From Pseudomonadota bacterium (GTDB lineage Bacteria > Pseudomonadota > Gammaproteobacteria > Enterobacterales > Alteromonadaceae): a stretch of DNA of 64,000 nucleotides. The DNA lies in assembly GCA_051745735.1 (NCBI GenBank), contig JBNJEJ010000003.1, forward strand, positions 13,656-77,655, read 5' to 3'. The translations under genes were made by a program, and so were the position numbers. The notes beneath the pieces were generated by a model, which did no database searches, had not been told where the DNA came from, and saw only the letters and a program-made list of their open reading frames with translations. Positions 62,763 to 64,000 of the stretch are shown here, in pieces; the first letter of the stretch is position 1, and the number at the start of each line of letters is the position of its first letter.

Positions 62763-64000
62763 TTACCTGGTGTTGTAAACCACAACAACCGCGTTACGCC
62801 CCTGATGCTTAGCTTCATAAAGTTGCTGATCTGCACGGCGAATGGCTTCAGCGGGTTGTTCCCCTTGTCGTATCGGAGCAGCCCCCATACTGATGGTTAA
62901 CACCGGAGGGTGCGCCTGTTTGGATTGATGCTCAATAGCCAGTTGGGCTATCCCTTCGCGCAATTCATTCAGTTGCTGTTCAAGCTCAGCCGGGCTGGCC
63001 GCCGGTAAAATCATCGCCAATTCTTCACCGCCATATCGATAGACTTTAAACGGTGAGTGTTTTTGTAAATAATCGGCAATTTTCTTCAATGCCTGATCAC
63101 CGGCATCGTGGCCGTAATGATCATTGTAGGGCTTAAATTCGTCGATATCCGCTATCATTAAGTACCTTGCCTGGTGGTCTTGAGTTGCCGCCAACAAATC
63201 GCGGTCAAAAGCCCGACGGTTGAATAAACCCGTTAACCCGTCCAGATGCGCCAATGCATCCAGTTGCCGGTTAGCCGCAGCCAGTTCGGCGGTTCTTGTC
63301 TCGACCTGACGCTCCAGCTGTTGTTGCGCAGCAATAAAGCGGCCAGCCATGTGCTTAAAAGCGGTAAGCGCTTGTTTCACCTCTCCTTTCGCTTTTATAT
63401 TCGCCGGTTGATCATCAAGTACGTCCTGGTAGTTACGTTGCCCCATCATCGAAGCCACCTTAGCCACTACACGCAAAGGCCGCGACACTTCGCGATTGAT
63501 CAGCCAGTAAATAATCAACAAAATAATCAGCATTAAAATAACGCCCGCCGTTACCAGCTTGATGGGTAATTGTAAGGCTTGCTTTTTTATCTCAGCCTGT
63601 GGATACACCGTCACGTGCCACCAATTTGGTCCTTCAATTTTATTAATAATCAGGACATGCTCAGCCAGGCTTGACTCAAGCACCAACGGCGGCTCAGGTA
63701 ATTTATTATCGGTAATAATCTGAGTGACTGCCTGGTACACCGGTTCATCATAACTTTCCGGCACCAAAGTGTTTCTGTTGCTCATTTCGGTCACGGATAA
63801 ATTAGAGGCGGCGATCAAGGCGCCATCCTGATTAATCACCATATGGTCAGAATTAGGCCGCTTTTTTTCGGTCAAGTCGGTCAATAACTGGTCTAAGTTG
63901 ACATCAAAACTCGCATTCACCAGATGTTGCCCGTTCAAGTCAACCGGCCTTTGATAGGTAATTGTCCAGAGATCCGCAGAGATATCATGATAGAGGCCGG
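62763..64000 (-). CDS. Sensor diguanylate cyclase (Cache-HAMP-GGDEF), 5' part beyond the window
   Basis: Frame stays open to the window edge (GLYHDISADLWTITYQRPV, Cache-like); TM, HAMP, DGLTGLFNRR, DIDEFKPYNDHYGH..GD, RYGGEEL. Confidence 0.9.
   Translation of the reverse strand, partial: GLYHDISADLWTITYQRPVDLNGQHLVNASFDVNLDQLLTDLTEKKRPNSDHMVINQDGALIAASNLSVTEMSNRNTLVPESYDEPVYQAVTQIITDNKLPEPPLVLESSLAEHVLIINKIEGPNWWHVTVYPQAEIKKQALQLPIKLVTAGVILMLIILLIIYWLINREVSRPLRVVAKVASMMGQRNYQDVLDDQPANIKAKGEVKQALTAFKHMAGRFIAAQQQLERQVETRTAELAAANRQLDALAHLDGLTGLFNRRAFDRDLLAATQDHQARYLMIADIDEFKPYNDHYGHDAGDQALKKIADYLQKHSPFKVYRYGGEELAMILPAASPAELEQQLNELREGIAQLAIEHQSKQAHPPVLTISMGAAPIRQGEQPAEAIRRADQQLYEAKHQGRNAVVVVYNTR

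Noticed and set aside
199-63536. Many 60-170 aa ORFs in the track that overlap long genes (e.g. 6707-6982, 20295-20792, 60423-60923)
   Set aside because: Antisense or out-of-frame shadows of well-supported genes with no recognisable motifs
1-64000. CRISPR arrays, tRNA/rRNA, IS elements, prophage or known defence systems
   Set aside because: No repeat-spacer periodicity, RNA-gene signatures, transposase, integrase or phage genes seen; the beta-CASP nuclease is a common stand-alone type

Overview
Chromosomal segment of a marine gammaproteobacterium. Gene content and order suggest Alteromonadales, most like Idiomarina (inference). The backbone is core genes: sdhCDAB/gltA, kdsB-ycaR-lpxK-msbA-comEC, lolCDE, PilZ-mfd-csiV, acnA, tesB, nupC-udk. 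Accessory modules sit between them: (1) a pentapeptide-repeat membrane protein plus methyltransferase-like pair, divergent from a KamA-type radical SAM/PLP aminomutase; (2) a tightly coupled five-gene operon (exported membrane-anchored protein, Na+/solute symporter, a 40-aa membrane peptide missing from the ORF track, an ATCase-like carbamoyltransferase lacking the aspartate side-chain motif, and an AsnB-type amidotransferase). Module 2 is the best candidate for an undescribed pathway, possibly synthesis of a carbamoyl-amino-acid amide osmolyte. Also present: (3) light-related genes (Cry-DASH, a second photolyase/cryptochrome, and pyp-pcl-tal, whose ligase carries an ACP-like N-terminal domain); (4) a heavy-metal-type RND efflux operon and a partial Cache-HAMP-GGDEF gene. 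No rRNA, tRNA, CRISPR array or transposase was recognised. All family assignments are from motif recognition by eye, not database searches.
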